Below, in pieces: positions 20,544-34,579 of a stretch of DNA of 64,000 bases. Below the pieces are notes generated by a model. The model had not been told where the DNA came from and searched no databases. It saw only the letters and a program-made list of their open reading frames with translations. Position numbers and translations under genes: made by a program. How positions within the stretch are numbered: the first letter of the stretch is position 1; each line of letters starts with the position of its first letter. Origin of the DNA: Promethearchaeota archaeon. Its GTDB lineage: Archaea; Asgardarchaeota; Lokiarchaeia; Sigyniarchaeales; SOKP01. The stretch lies in NCBI GenBank assembly GCA_030599585.1, contig JAUVNS010000010.1:144826-208825 (forward strand), written 5' to 3'.

Positions 20544-21272
20544 TTATATATCAAAACTAAGCCATTTAATAATGTTAGATAGAAATGGTATGTTATCTCC
20601 TGCATCTAATCCAAACTCATCTTCAATAAGCCAATCAGATGAGCCAATAGTTACACATCTCCCACTGAAAAAATTACTAACGGCACAGATAGGGACAATA
20701 CCGATACTTCCCTGGTCATTATCAGCGAGATATTTGAATTCTGCTTTTTCTGAAGTCACTATTATATCTTCAACATCTTCTTCAGTTATTGTAAAAAATG
20801 TACAGTTAGGGAGTACAATTTCAGTTATACCCTGTGTGATCGGATGTACGAACAAATCATTTATCAACACATTTTGTTTATTTACTAAAAAATGTGATGA
20901 TGCTTCCTGTATCGTTCCATTCCAATATCTTCGTACCCCAGTCATTTTATATAACACTCTGATAGAACCCAACTTCATTGGAACATCGCGATCTCCGCCG
21001 GCGCCAGTAGTTAAAAAAAGTCCGCCGCCCTCTCCGACATATTGCTTAATTGCTAATAATTCGTCTTTGGTGAATTTATCGTCTTTACTATCCATGGTTT
21101 GTTGAATATTTCCCATAAATAAAACGTCAAAGCCTTCAAGTAAATCGTGGTCAATAGGACCTTCATTCTTGTCTATGTATTCGACCTCAAACTCATCCTC
21201 ACCCATTGAAAATTCTGGAAATTCTTCTATTTTTTCTCGATGAGATAAATCAACTATGATACTGTAAGGCAT
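20544..21272 (-). CDS. GIFT/DUF4350 (GldG/IFT52-like) domain protein
   Basis: DLSH, FTKDELLAIKQYVGEGGGLFL, GRCVTIGSSDW, DNIPFLSNIIKWL. No signal peptide. Confidence 0.62.
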   Translation of the reverse strand: MPYSIIVDLSHREKIEEFPEFSMGEDEFEVEYIDKNEGPIDHDLLEGFDVLFMGNIQQTMDSKDDKFTKDELLAIKQYVGEGGGLFLTTGAGGDRDVPMKLGSIRVLYKMTGVRRYWNGTIQEASSHFLVNKQNVLINDLFVHPITQGITEIVLPNCTFFTITEEDVEDIIVTSEKAEFKYLADNDQGSIGIVPICAVSNFFSGRCVTIGSSDWLIEDEFGLDAGDNIPFLSNIIKWLSFDI

Positions 21273-21710
21273 TTTAACGCTACTCCAAGGCTACTTTGTA
21301 GTTATATTAATTATGTAGAAAAGTAAATTCAAATTTGTTCTAAGTGTATATTCTATTATCTAAAATAATATAATTTTTATTTTTAAAGATATGGTATTAT
21401 TATTAAAGGTTTCTAAATCGGAATACTGCTAGCGCAAAGTTTAAATATTTAGAGGAGAAAATATAAAGGATCAAAAAAATAAAGCACATTTATTTTCACA
21501 GACCTCTTCTCTATGTAAATTTTCTGCAGATAAAATTTAAAGGAATTTAAATGATTTTAACCTCATCAAATACCAAGAATTACATCATATAAGGTCTAAC
21601 TCTAAGGCTGTGTGTAGATGTACCTATTTAGTAATAGAGTCAGTTTAATGTATATTTATCAATTTTAAAGAGTATAGGACAAATAGAATTAAAAATATAT
21701 TACAAAGTGA

Positions 21711-22403
21711 TTATATAGAAATAAAATCTCGTTCTGCAGGACCTTTTTCCTTAATAATAGCGAGATCTATCCCATTTCCTGACGCCATATCTCTTATGAT
21801 ACTTGAGGTGACTGCTTTTATAATTATTTCTTTTCCAGCACTAATCGATAAATTATCTTTATACTTTGCTTCGAGCACACCGTAAGAGAAATTTTGACCA
21901 CTACCTACAGCACAGAATTTTTCAGGTAAAATTGAACCATATGCTCCAAGATTTAGAAGTACTGGCCCTTCTTCTTCAGATGCACCACCTAAAATAAGCC
22001 CTACTTGAAACGGATACATTTTATTTTGATAGAGGATATTAGATAACATTTTTCCAGCACTTTTTACTTTAATTGGTGCTTCTTCCTTTAGTTGATACAA
22101 TGCAGTTTCAGCCCGGAGAACATCGACCAGATACATTGCGTCAGCTACACCCCCAGCAATAGTCATGTATAGATGTTCTTGGATTTTGTGTAATTTTTCA
22201 GCTGTTTTACTCGCTACAAAGTAACTCATTGTAGCTCGCCTATCCGTACCTAAGATTACCGCATCTTTACATACTAAACCTACCGTAGTTGTCCCCGTTT
22301 TTAAAGTTTGACTATTTCTTTGCATAGATGGGTTGTTATCGCTGATTATAGAATCTCGTAAAAAAATAGATTCAGATGGTTTAACTAAATCTTCTTTTCT
22401 CAT
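21711..22403 (-). CDS. psmB: Proteasome beta subunit
   Basis: Propeptide then G/TTTVGLV catalytic Thr, DRRAT, GSG, RDMASG. Confidence 0.95.
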   Translation of the reverse strand: MRKEDLVKPSESIFLRDSIISDNNPSMQRNSQTLKTGTTTVGLVCKDAVILGTDRRATMSYFVASKTAEKLHKIQEHLYMTIAGGVADAMYLVDVLRAETALYQLKEEAPIKVKSAGKMLSNILYQNKMYPFQVGLILGGASEEEGPVLLNLGAYGSILPEKFCAVGSGQNFSYGVLEAKYKDNLSISAGKEIIIKAVTSSIIRDMASGNGIDLAIIKEKGPAERDFISI

Positions 22404-22529
22404 AAAGAATTAAAAGACTCTTGTCTTAATAATTTTTTTTTAATTTTTTATAAATATATTGTGTTTTTAGGAGAAGAATCAAAGAATAAGCAAGGAATTA
22501 ACAGGCTAGATTTTTAGATTTTCAAGGGA

Positions 22530-22838
22530 TTATATTTCCCAGAGGTATTTTTTGAGGTCAATTTTGTTAGTAGAACCTATTTCAACACCCTCTTTTTCAA
22601 GCAGGATTTTTTGATAATCTTGACCATCTTGTGTTTTCAAAGCAATTTTACCCTGAGAATTTATAACTCGGTGCCATGGTAAATCGTATTTTTTTGAAGA
22701 TGAATGTAACAACCATGAAACTTGCCTCGCTCCATTGGGATTGCCAGCCAATTTTGCAATCCTACCATAAGTGAATACTTTACCAACGGGGATATTTTTT
22801 ATAATTTTAATTACATCTTGAGTAAAATCGCTCGGCAT
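22530..22838 (-). CDS. Alkyltransferase-like protein (ATL/YbaZ)
   Basis: IPVGKVFTYGRIA, ARQV, PWHRVIN (Trp in place of the catalytic Cys). Confidence 0.88.
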   Translation of the reverse strand: MPSDFTQDVIKIIKNIPVGKVFTYGRIAKLAGNPNGARQVSWLLHSSSKKYDLPWHRVINSQGKIALKTQDGQDYQKILLEKEGVEIGSTNKIDLKKYLWEI

Positions 22839-22871
22839 AACTAGTCACCTTTCTATTTATGATGATGCTAA

Positions 22872-24335
22872 TCAATCAGATTCCTTCCTATCTTGAATAA
22901 TTTTTATAAGTTCTCCCCTTCCAGATCGCCTTAATCTTCTAATATAAGTATTCAACATTTTTTTTGTGTGATGAGGTCCACCTTCTTCTATTACGGTCCA
23001 CAAAGGATCTTTTGGTGATGGAGATGTTTTCATCATATGCTTATACCATTCGTCAAGAAGTTGTAACCCTTTTCCAACAATGTCTGGTCTCTCTTCAGCA
23101 AGATTTTTGGTCATGTGAAAATCATTTTCGAAATTGTATAGCATAATCTCAGGATAGTCTCTTAATCCGGTATGATAAGTCCGAATTAAAGTCCAATTTC
23201 CAAACCGTACTGTACGCTGACATGTCCAGGCATTCTGACTTAACACTAGATACTTTCTCCCAAATTCTTCTCCATTTTCAATTTCTTTGTATATACTTTT
23301 CCCATCCCAAAAGTGGGGTACTTTTTTTCCAACCCCTTCTATTATGGTAGCAGCTATGTCAGTAGTATAAAGGAACGAATCATATTGTTTTTTCCATGAT
23401 TTCTTTGGCCATTTAATGATCATAGGAACTCTATTGACTATATGGCAAGCAGTGGCATGATCCCCATATACATTAAGTTCTCCTTGGCTTTCACCGTGAT
23501 CAGAACTAATTATTATAAGTGTATCTTCATAAATTCCTAAATTTTTAATTAATTCAATGATATTACCCACAAAATCATCAGCATATCTTATTCCAACATC
23601 GTAGGCATTAATCCATTTAGTAAAATCATCAAGATTTTCTATTTCCCGTATATTTTGTATTCTTTTATAGAACTGGGTGAGTTTTAACCTGTCAAAGCCT
23701 CCTATATCGCGTGCTGAGCGAGGACCGTAGCTATTTCGATGTTTCTTAATTAATTTTTCTGTTAACCAAGAAGGAGGTGGATCATTTTCAAAGGAAGGTT
23801 CAAACGATATAGGGGTTCGGTAGGGGGTATGAGGGTCCCACAAGTTTAGATGTAGAAACCAATTATCTTTCTTTCCGTTATCTTCCAGCCATTTCTTTGC
23901 AAAAGGAAAAACATCATCAGCTAATTCATGACCCCTTTTGCCAGGATTGTACATTTCATTCCAACCAGAACAAAACCAAAACGCAGAATGTCTTTCTGCA
24001 AAAGGAGATATTGATACAGTGTAATATTTCGCGCTTCTAAGTGTTCCAATCCAATTATTCCTTAAATAATTATCATCAAATCCTCGTTCTTTTCCGGTTA
24101 ATCGCATGTCTGCTGCGGTACCACCGTGACCAACTATGCCCGTGTGAATTCCAAATCTTCCAGTAAAAAGCGAAGCTCTAGAAGGTAAACAAGGTGCATC
24201 TGAAGTGTAACAATTTGTAAATATTGAACCTTCTTCTGCAATTTTATCTATGTTAGGTGAAGTGTTGCGATGATATCCGTAACATCCTAGATGGTCAGGT
24301 CTAAGAGTATCAATATCAAAATATATTATTCTCAT
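22872..24335 (-). CDS. Formylglycine-dependent sulfatase
   Basis: DIDTLRPDH, CLPSR (CxPxR), WDPH, SDHGE. Confidence 0.9.
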   Translation of the reverse strand: MRIIYFDIDTLRPDHLGCYGYHRNTSPNIDKIAEEGSIFTNCYTSDAPCLPSRASLFTGRFGIHTGIVGHGGTAADMRLTGKERGFDDNYLRNNWIGTLRSAKYYTVSISPFAERHSAFWFCSGWNEMYNPGKRGHELADDVFPFAKKWLEDNGKKDNWFLHLNLWDPHTPYRTPISFEPSFENDPPPSWLTEKLIKKHRNSYGPRSARDIGGFDRLKLTQFYKRIQNIREIENLDDFTKWINAYDVGIRYADDFVGNIIELIKNLGIYEDTLIIISSDHGESQGELNVYGDHATACHIVNRVPMIIKWPKKSWKKQYDSFLYTTDIAATIIEGVGKKVPHFWDGKSIYKEIENGEEFGRKYLVLSQNAWTCQRTVRFGNWTLIRTYHTGLRDYPEIMLYNFENDFHMTKNLAEERPDIVGKGLQLLDEWYKHMMKTSPSPKDPLWTVIEEGGPHHTKKMLNTYIRRLRRSGRGELIKIIQDRKESD

Positions 24336-24442
24336 AATTGATATTATTTTCTCTTCATTAAATAATCTTAATTAAAAAATTGTAAAATATTAATTTTCTC
24401 ACATATCCTCACTTAGAATTAATAGAAGATAATTTTAACTAG

Positions 24443-27622
<3,180 letters not shown>

Positions 27623-27634
27623 AAAGATCGCTTA

Positions 27635-28771
27635 TTAATAGTTATAAATTTTTATTTCCTTTGGTTTTCCTCCATCACGAGCGGATCGAGAAGCTTGAAT
27701 TCCGGACATGCAGAAATTGGCCGCTACTTTAGCGTCTATTAAGGCTTTATCTTCATTTTCTATTGCGTTTAACCAATTGTTTAAAATTCGAGCATTAGCA
27801 CCGAAATGAAATCCTTTGACGCGGGGAATTACGTTAGATAATGATTCTTTATCAATTATTCTAGTTTTTCCCTTTCTATGTCGAGCCTTATTAATTTTAT
27901 GTCCATCGGCTATAAATAATCGCCCAGGTTTATCAACTTGAGAGCATTCATAAGTGCCAGTCCGACCTACCACTTGAATCGAAATTCTAGCGGGTTTTCG
28001 AGCAAAGACATAAGCATTAGCACACTTAGCTATAGCTGTAGTTTCTGTTCTAAATAACGCAACTTGGAAAGCTTTAGCAGGTTTGCATATTGGATTTCCC
28101 TGATACCCACCAATATCATTAGCAAAGCTTGTAACTTCGATAAAAGGCATTGGATTTTTTATTCCTCCTAATACAACTTGAGCGGGACCAATGGAATGGG
28201 CATACATCATTGGGTCAAACAATTGGTACCATGAATCGATACGTGAAGTATCAACATCTCCAAAACCTTGATCTCTCCATCTATAGGTAACATCATGCAA
28301 ATATTCTGACTCAGCATAAACTGGCTCACCTATTTTCCCTGTTGATGTAAGTTGGGCGGCATATAAAACTTCAGGGTAGAAGCAATAGTTCTCTCCAAGT
28401 TGATAAGTTTTTCCAGACGCATCCTCAGCATCTATGATACGATTTAAATCGTCCTCTTTAATGGCCATTGGAACTTCAGAAAAAACATGTAAGTTTGATT
28501 CTAGTGCAGCAATTGATTGATCCGCATGATATTGAGGGGGGCTTGCTATAATAATTCCATCAAGTTCATTAGTATTTAATAAGTCCTCAAAAGTTGCCGC
28601 AATTTTAAATCCTTCAATCTTTTTAAACATTTCAATAGCGTTTGGATTTGGATCATAACCAGCAACCAATTTAGATTGTCCTTTCAGTAATGGATGATTG
28701 TCTAATTCGGCTTTGATGCTAATTGAGTGAAGACCAAAACCAACTATCCCAAGTTTTATTAGCTTTCCCAT
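27635..28771 (-). CDS. Gfo/Idh/MocA family NAD(P)-dependent oxidoreductase
   Basis: GIVGFG, HVFSEVPMA, GENYCF, ESEYLH. Confidence 0.85.
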   Translation of the reverse strand: MGKLIKLGIVGFGLHSISIKAELDNHPLLKGQSKLVAGYDPNPNAIEMFKKIEGFKIAATFEDLLNTNELDGIIIASPPQYHADQSIAALESNLHVFSEVPMAIKEDDLNRIIDAEDASGKTYQLGENYCFYPEVLYAAQLTSTGKIGEPVYAESEYLHDVTYRWRDQGFGDVDTSRIDSWYQLFDPMMYAHSIGPAQVVLGGIKNPMPFIEVTSFANDIGGYQGNPICKPAKAFQVALFRTETTAIAKCANAYVFARKPARISIQVVGRTGTYECSQVDKPGRLFIADGHKINKARHRKGKTRIIDKESLSNVIPRVKGFHFGANARILNNWLNAIENEDKALIDAKVAANFCMSGIQASRSARDGGKPKEIKIYNY

Positions 28772-28873
28772 AATCTGAGATAATTCACGAAAATATTAAT
28801 AGTTAAGGATAGCTGACATATTTGTAGATTTTACATTCAATGAGTTTAATTTTTGTGAGGACTTAAACAATTT

Positions 28874-30199
28874 ATGGATAAAAAAATTGTCTTGATAGGA
28901 GCGGGCTCTGCTGCATTTGGACCTCCAACTTTTGTCGATTTAAACTTAAGTAATGTGTTAGCAGGTTCTACTATTACGCTTGTTGACATAGATACAGAAA
29001 AATTACAAATGGTTTATGAAGTATTATCAGAAGATAATAAAAAAATTGGGAATAAATTCAATATAGAATGTACATCACATAGGGAAAAAGCTCTAAAAGG
29101 AGCAGATTTTGTTATTAATTCTACTGAACATGGAGATAGATTTGAGCTACGTTGGCAAGATAATACGATCCCTAGAAGACACGGTTCAACAGAAAGAATG
29201 GCTGAAAACGGTGGTCCTGGAGGGTTTTTCCATAGCGCCCGCCAAATTCCTGAGATTATTAAGATTGCTAAGGATGTTGCGAGAATAAGTCCTGACGCAT
29301 TTTTTATTAATTATAGTAATCCTATGTCGCGTATATGCTTAGCTTTAAAACGAGTAGTGCCCAATCTTAAAATGTTTGGATTGTGTCATCAAATTGGACT
29401 TCTTACACCTCCTCATTTATCAAGGATAATAGAGAAAAAAAGAAGTGACTTTCAAATAATTACTGGAGGTCTTAACCACTTTGCGTTTTTAATGGGTTTA
29501 AAAGATTTAAATACTGGAGATGACTTAATCCCTGTTTTTAATGCAAACTGTCAAAATTACTTTCAAGACAAGTGGAATCGATTCCACTATGCAGATTTAA
29601 CCTTCGAGATTTACAAAAGATTTGGTTGGTTCCCGTATGTAGGTGATAACCATATATGTGAATATCTACAAATTGGTTCTCAATATACAACAGCTGAAGA
29701 TTTAACAGAATGGATAACTAGAATGGAACAAGCGAATAAAGGCGGTAACGCTAAACTAAAAAGATACTATAAACGATTAAAAAAAGGAAAATATCCTAAA
29801 AAGGGCATGCTCATGAAAGGGCCTTCTGGTGAGAGAGCAATTCCGATTATCGAAGCAATAATTAGAGATAGTAATTCCTACGAAATTGCTGTTAATATAC
29901 CTAATGATGGAATTATCGGAAATTTACCTCAAGATTTAGTTATTGAATGCTCTGGAACTGTTGATAAAGATGGTATTCAAGGAGTTAAATTAGGAAACAT
30001 TCCTAAGAACATTGCGGCAATCTTGCGGATAGAAGCCTCTATTCAAGATTTATGCGTTGAAGCCATATTGCAGGAATCAAAACAACTAGCTATTGACTGT
30101 TTAGCAATGGATGTGAATTGTGGAAGTTTTGATATGGCTGAAGCGATTTTCGCTGAAATGTTTGAACTTCAAAAAGATTATTTACCTAATTTTAGATAA
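28874..30199 (+). CDS. GH4 glycoside hydrolase (alpha-galactosidase/MelA-like)
   Basis: IGAGSAAF, GADFVI, GPGG, NYSNP, GLCH, GLNH. Confidence 0.88.
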   Translation: MDKKIVLIGAGSAAFGPPTFVDLNLSNVLAGSTITLVDIDTEKLQMVYEVLSEDNKKIGNKFNIECTSHREKALKGADFVINSTEHGDRFELRWQDNTIPRRHGSTERMAENGGPGGFFHSARQIPEIIKIAKDVARISPDAFFINYSNPMSRICLALKRVVPNLKMFGLCHQIGLLTPPHLSRIIEKKRSDFQIITGGLNHFAFLMGLKDLNTGDDLIPVFNANCQNYFQDKWNRFHYADLTFEIYKRFGWFPYVGDNHICEYLQIGSQYTTAEDLTEWITRMEQANKGGNAKLKRYYKRLKKGKYPKKGMLMKGPSGERAIPIIEAIIRDSNSYEIAVNIPNDGIIGNLPQDLVIECSGTVDKDGIQGVKLGNIPKNIAAILRIEASIQDLCVEAILQESKQLAIDCLAMDVNCGSFDMAEAIFAEMFELQKDYLPNFR

Positions 30200-30252
30200 A
30201 ACATTAGTCTTGACACAAATTTTAAATCAAAATAAAACCAACTAAAAATATC

Positions 30253-31149
30253 ATGAGTAAATTAACTTTAATAGAAAAACTTGGATTTGAGACTTCAGAT
30301 AAAGTCGTAATTTTCCACATTGACGATGTTGGTTTTTCCCACGCTTCAAACCTAGCTTCATTTGAATGTTTGGACTTCGGAGTTGCTAGTTGTGGCTCAG
30401 TTATTGTTCCTGCTCCATGGTTTCTAGAAGCTGCTTCCATATGTAAGAATAAGTCTCAGTATGATATTGGTGTGCATCTCACTCTTACTTGTGAATATGA
30501 TCTATACCGATGGCGCGCATTGAGTAGCGTGAACCCGGACTCTGGTCTACTTGACTCAGAAAAATCTTTATGGCGAACTACAGAGGAAGCAGTTGCAAAT
30601 GTAAATCCTAAAGCGGCAGAAATTGAAATGCGTACTCAAGTTCAAACAGCGCTTGATAGTGGCATTGACATCACACATATAGACACTCATATGGGAACTG
30701 TTATGAGTCCTAAATTTCTTCCCTCCTATTTGAAGATAGCTCGCGAATTTAAAGTCGTCGCGTTTATACCTCGAGTCTCTCGAAAACAACTTGAAACCGA
30801 AGGTTTAGGATCCGTTGCTGATGTCTACTTAAAGATGTTTGATAAATTAGAAGAAAGTGGTATTCCAATTCTCGATCATATGATTATCGATACGATGGGA
30901 GATAGTCCAAATAAAACAGATTACTATTGTAAAAGATTTGCCGAAATTAAACCGGGGATAACACATTTTTTGTTTCATGCTGCGAAAATGAGCCCAGAAT
31001 TGAAAGCAATTACTCCTGATTCTGCAAGTAAGCGAGATCTCGATTATCAAGCATTTACAGATCCTAAAATTAAAGAATGCGTTGAAAAGTACAACTTAAA
31101 GATAATTGGATATAGAGAAATCCGTGATCTAGTTAAAAAAGAATCGTAA
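30253..31149 (+). CDS. YdjC/ChbG-family carbohydrate deacetylase
   Basis: HIDDVG, GVHLTL, THIDTHM. Confidence 0.85.
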   Translation: MSKLTLIEKLGFETSDKVVIFHIDDVGFSHASNLASFECLDFGVASCGSVIVPAPWFLEAASICKNKSQYDIGVHLTLTCEYDLYRWRALSSVNPDSGLLDSEKSLWRTTEEAVANVNPKAAEIEMRTQVQTALDSGIDITHIDTHMGTVMSPKFLPSYLKIAREFKVVAFIPRVSRKQLETEGLGSVADVYLKMFDKLEESGIPILDHMIIDTMGDSPNKTDYYCKRFAEIKPGITHFLFHAAKMSPELKAITPDSASKRDLDYQAFTDPKIKECVEKYNLKIIGYREIRDLVKKES

Positions 31150-31195
31150 AGAATATTGAAATAATTCCATGAGTTCTCTCTAAACTAAATATTTT

Positions 31196-33166
31196 TTAAT
31201 TACAAGTTACCCAAATAGGAGAAGTCCAACCTCTTTCCCCATCAAACTGAGTAGCCCGAGCATAAAAATAAGCAATATCACTTTTTTTTAGATCGGTATC
31301 TTCAAAAGCAAACTTAACTCGATCTTTTGTTGGTACTCGAATTGCTACAACATTTCCATTTTTTAGTAATTCTACACTTTCAAGTTTATTGGTACCGCAA
31401 ACCGTAACAATTATCACTGGAGATTTATGCACTTCAATAGTTTGACCCATTAAAGCAGAGTCAATTTTTATTTTCAACCACATCCTCTCTCCAGTAGTCG
31501 CATAACACTTCCTTTGGTTTAAACTCTGAATCAAATTTTTAGAGTCTAACTGATCAGAAAATATAGCAGCAATCCCAGGTTTGTATCTTAGAATTGGGAC
31601 CAAATTTTTCATCTTATATTGCCTTACTGGGCAACCAGGGTGCGAGTAATGATCGTCCCCACCACCTATGAATCCTAACCTAAATCCATTGTTTAGTGCC
31701 CAGATCACGCTTCCCTTTTCCTTGTTGTTAACTAATGGTCTATAATTTCCTTTCATTGATTCACTTGAGCCATGCGAAGAATAAATTTCTACTACATTTT
31801 CCATATTATCATTAACTTCTGTCCAGGATGTACCCATTACATAACTTATTGGAGTATGAGAAATAATGGCACAGACTTCATCCTTTAGTGCATCATAGAG
31901 CTGGTGCTGAAAACATCCCTCTTTAGACGAATAATCAACTAAGGGAGCATCTTTAGCTGACTCTAATGGAAATAGCATTACTTTGTCTGAGATTGATTCG
32001 TAAGGACTCTTTGTTTTTGTAGCATTAGTAACATAATAATTACGTCCTGACCATTCGTACGCCGGAATTGCTGTAAACTTTTTATCAGTCCATTCATGAC
32101 ACAAATCTATTAGAGATTCCCAAATAGTTTTGTTATATGGATACGAGATTTCTTTTCGACCTTCCATAAAAGTGTTACTTCTTTGGTTTAGATGATCTCC
32201 TAAAGCAGCAAAATCATGAAGTACTACATTTTTTGCGTAATTAAATGCGTCAGCGCCCGTCCCCATACCATCAGAAAATTCTCTGGTATGTATATGAATA
32301 TCCCCCCAGTAAACTTGACTAGAGATATCCTCGTCCCAAACAATTGGATTTGAAGTTCCAGTAAGTTTTCTATTACTAACATATAACTTCCCAATATTTG
32401 ATAATATTTCAGAAGATACGGGATACAGCGTGAACCCCATATTATATCTTAGCAATCTACTGATTTTTGAATTTGGTTGGATTTCTTCCTTAAATTTCAA
32501 TGCTTGTTCAATTAAAACATATCCATTTCTCAAAGTTGCTTTATTTGGGAATTCTAGGCAACTATCACCTTGAATTTCAACTTCTCCATTGAAGTGATAA
32601 TCTCGATTTCCAAATTTATCTAAAGCAACGATTTCAACATCCGTTGGTTTTCCAAGGTAAATTGTAGGGATTTTAATAAGAAAAAAAGAAGTTTTTTCTG
32701 AGATCATAGAAATTCTTTTTAATCCTATTCTATTGAACACTTTTTCTTTGGGAAGTTTAACATCTAATGCGAAGTAAACTTTATCAAAGTAGGCAACGTC
32801 TCCAGCAGTATTTACTTTCTTCAATTTATTATAATTAAACTCAATTGTATCTCCAATGCTCATTGGTTCGTGCAATATATAGACTACCATTAATAGAAAT
32901 TTAGTCGCTTTAATCTTCCCTTTCACAGAAGAATCGATAGAACAAAATTCATTCTTTAAATTGATTGGTTCCCATCCGTAAGGGATCACGAATCTAAATA
33001 AAGTACGGCTAGGATATTCTTTCTCTGCTTTAAATATTATTTTAATTGGGGTTTTGCTGTTAACAACTATTTTTTCATCTATATCAAATGTAATACCGTT
33101 TACATCGTCTAATCTCATTCTATAATCGAGATACTCTATATTATCTTTAGTTTGATCCATTTTCAT
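31196..33166 (-). CDS. DUF3604 / PHP-like metallohydrolase
   Basis: WGDIHIHT, DFAALGDH, YEWS, SH, EIYSSHG, GFIGGGDDH, YATTG, WTSPIWV. Confidence 0.78.
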   Translation of the reverse strand: MKMDQTKDNIEYLDYRMRLDDVNGITFDIDEKIVVNSKTPIKIIFKAEKEYPSRTLFRFVIPYGWEPINLKNEFCSIDSSVKGKIKATKFLLMVVYILHEPMSIGDTIEFNYNKLKKVNTAGDVAYFDKVYFALDVKLPKEKVFNRIGLKRISMISEKTSFFLIKIPTIYLGKPTDVEIVALDKFGNRDYHFNGEVEIQGDSCLEFPNKATLRNGYVLIEQALKFKEEIQPNSKISRLLRYNMGFTLYPVSSEILSNIGKLYVSNRKLTGTSNPIVWDEDISSQVYWGDIHIHTREFSDGMGTGADAFNYAKNVVLHDFAALGDHLNQRSNTFMEGRKEISYPYNKTIWESLIDLCHEWTDKKFTAIPAYEWSGRNYYVTNATKTKSPYESISDKVMLFPLESAKDAPLVDYSSKEGCFQHQLYDALKDEVCAIISHTPISYVMGTSWTEVNDNMENVVEIYSSHGSSESMKGNYRPLVNNKEKGSVIWALNNGFRLGFIGGGDDHYSHPGCPVRQYKMKNLVPILRYKPGIAAIFSDQLDSKNLIQSLNQRKCYATTGERMWLKIKIDSALMGQTIEVHKSPVIIVTVCGTNKLESVELLKNGNVVAIRVPTKDRVKFAFEDTDLKKSDIAYFYARATQFDGERGWTSPIWVTCN

Positions 33167-33224
33167 CTGTTCTTTCGATAAACAAGTTTAATTTCAAATC
33201 AATTTTAAGGAAAATGAGCGGATT

Positions 33225-34439
33225 CTATGCCTGACTTAAGAGATTAGATATATATTCCCATTTCTTGTTGATTTTTTCGGCAGTTCGCAACCGATTAAAT
33301 ATTTTATATTCGAAAGCTCCTATTAAATTGTATAAACCTTTTACTTCAGTGTATACATCGTAATTTTCGAAGGCAGTTTTAAATTCTTCAATGTTCTCCG
33401 TACTCCATATATCTTCCTTCTCTTTCATTTTCTTTGCTATATTTTTAACCCAGAATTGACTCATTTCCATTGAATAGTATAATCCTGAAGAACCAAATGG
33501 ATTAACAAATCCTGCACTATCTCCAATAAGAACAATACCAGGACGTGGTACGAAATTTTTTACCATTCGTGCATTCGGAAGTACTGTTACTTCTTCGTAA
33601 TCAATTTTTGCCGCTTTAAAAAATTCACTAAAGCCGGGGTAATTTTTCTTCAAATTATCCCAGACTCTTAAGATTTCCTTATCATCCGGAACGATTACGG
33701 TTTTCATTTGAGGAACTTGTGCCATTCGCAACATTAGACCCACTTCTAATCTTTTATTCTCTAGAGGAAAAATATATGCCACACTCGGAGGAAAATTAGG
33801 TGAATAGTCTAAATCCCCATTTCCAATGAAAAAGAACTGTAAACCAGGAGTCTTCTCAATCTCTATGTTAGCTTCACTAACTAAACATTTAATTATTGGA
33901 CAATTAATTTCTTCGTCGTAGGGGACACCATAATATCTACCAATTACACCTGCATATCCACTACAATCCAAAACGGCTTTTCCATAAATTTCATTGATGT
34001 TACTGGACTCATCTTTATATTTTAATCCAATACAGATCCCATTTTTCTCAATCGGTTCTATTACTTCACTCTTAAGTAAGATTTCAACTCCTACTTCTTT
34101 TGTTTTTTCTACAAATCTATCGATAAATTCCCTCCATTCGAAAAAATAATGAGGATATTCGCGGAAGGTAGTTGTTATCTGTAGATTTCCTGGAGAATGC
34201 CAAACTCTATCTCCATTGGATTTAAATCCTATAGATGATAAAAAATCTTTACCTAGAATATCATCTACAATAGCATAATGACCCATTCCCTCGCCACGAG
34301 GTTTTGGTCCAGCTTGCTCTCCTTTCTCTATGACAACTACTTTAAAACCCTCTCTAGCAGCTACTATGCTGGCAGTTAACCCAGCAGGACCTGCTCCGAC
34401 GATTACAAAATCATAAATGCTTGAATTATTTAATGCCAT
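33225..34439 (-). CDS. Geranylgeranyl reductase family FAD oxidoreductase (divergent)
   Basis: VGAGPAG, AYIFP, LIGDSAGFVNPFGSSG. Confidence 0.8.
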   Translation of the reverse strand: MALNNSSIYDFVIVGAGPAGLTASIVAAREGFKVVVIEKGEQAGPKPRGEGMGHYAIVDDILGKDFLSSIGFKSNGDRVWHSPGNLQITTTFREYPHYFFEWREFIDRFVEKTKEVGVEILLKSEVIEPIEKNGICIGLKYKDESSNINEIYGKAVLDCSGYAGVIGRYYGVPYDEEINCPIIKCLVSEANIEIEKTPGLQFFFIGNGDLDYSPNFPPSVAYIFPLENKRLEVGLMLRMAQVPQMKTVIVPDDKEILRVWDNLKKNYPGFSEFFKAAKIDYEEVTVLPNARMVKNFVPRPGIVLIGDSAGFVNPFGSSGLYYSMEMSQFWVKNIAKKMKEKEDIWSTENIEEFKTAFENYDVYTEVKGLYNLIGAFEYKIFNRLRTAEKINKKWEYISNLLSQA

Positions 34440-34579
34440 AAATTGAAATAAGAATAAAGAAAATTAATTACTTTTGGTGATTGCACATCAAATGCGATAG
34501 TGTCCATGATTACTAATAAGCCCATAGGAATCATTTTTAACGCTTTAGCCATTAAGAATTATAATTGATCTAAAAAAAT

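Noticed and set aside
20572-21105. 177-aa plus-strand ORF and other long antisense ORFs (e.g. 2427-2768, 4569-4862, 34915-35262, 40971-41399, 56438-56812)
   Set aside because: Shadow frames opposite well-supported genes, Ser/Phe/Ile-rich with no motifs.
21300-21700. Long spacer between the GIFT gene and psmB with an RBS-like GAGGAG
   Set aside because: Only short ORFs without a good start and no convincing RNA structure or repeat.
34431-34552. 40-codon minus-strand ORF (MAKALKMIPMG...) between the GGR genes
   Set aside because: No motif or clear RBS, and it lies in the divergent promoter region.
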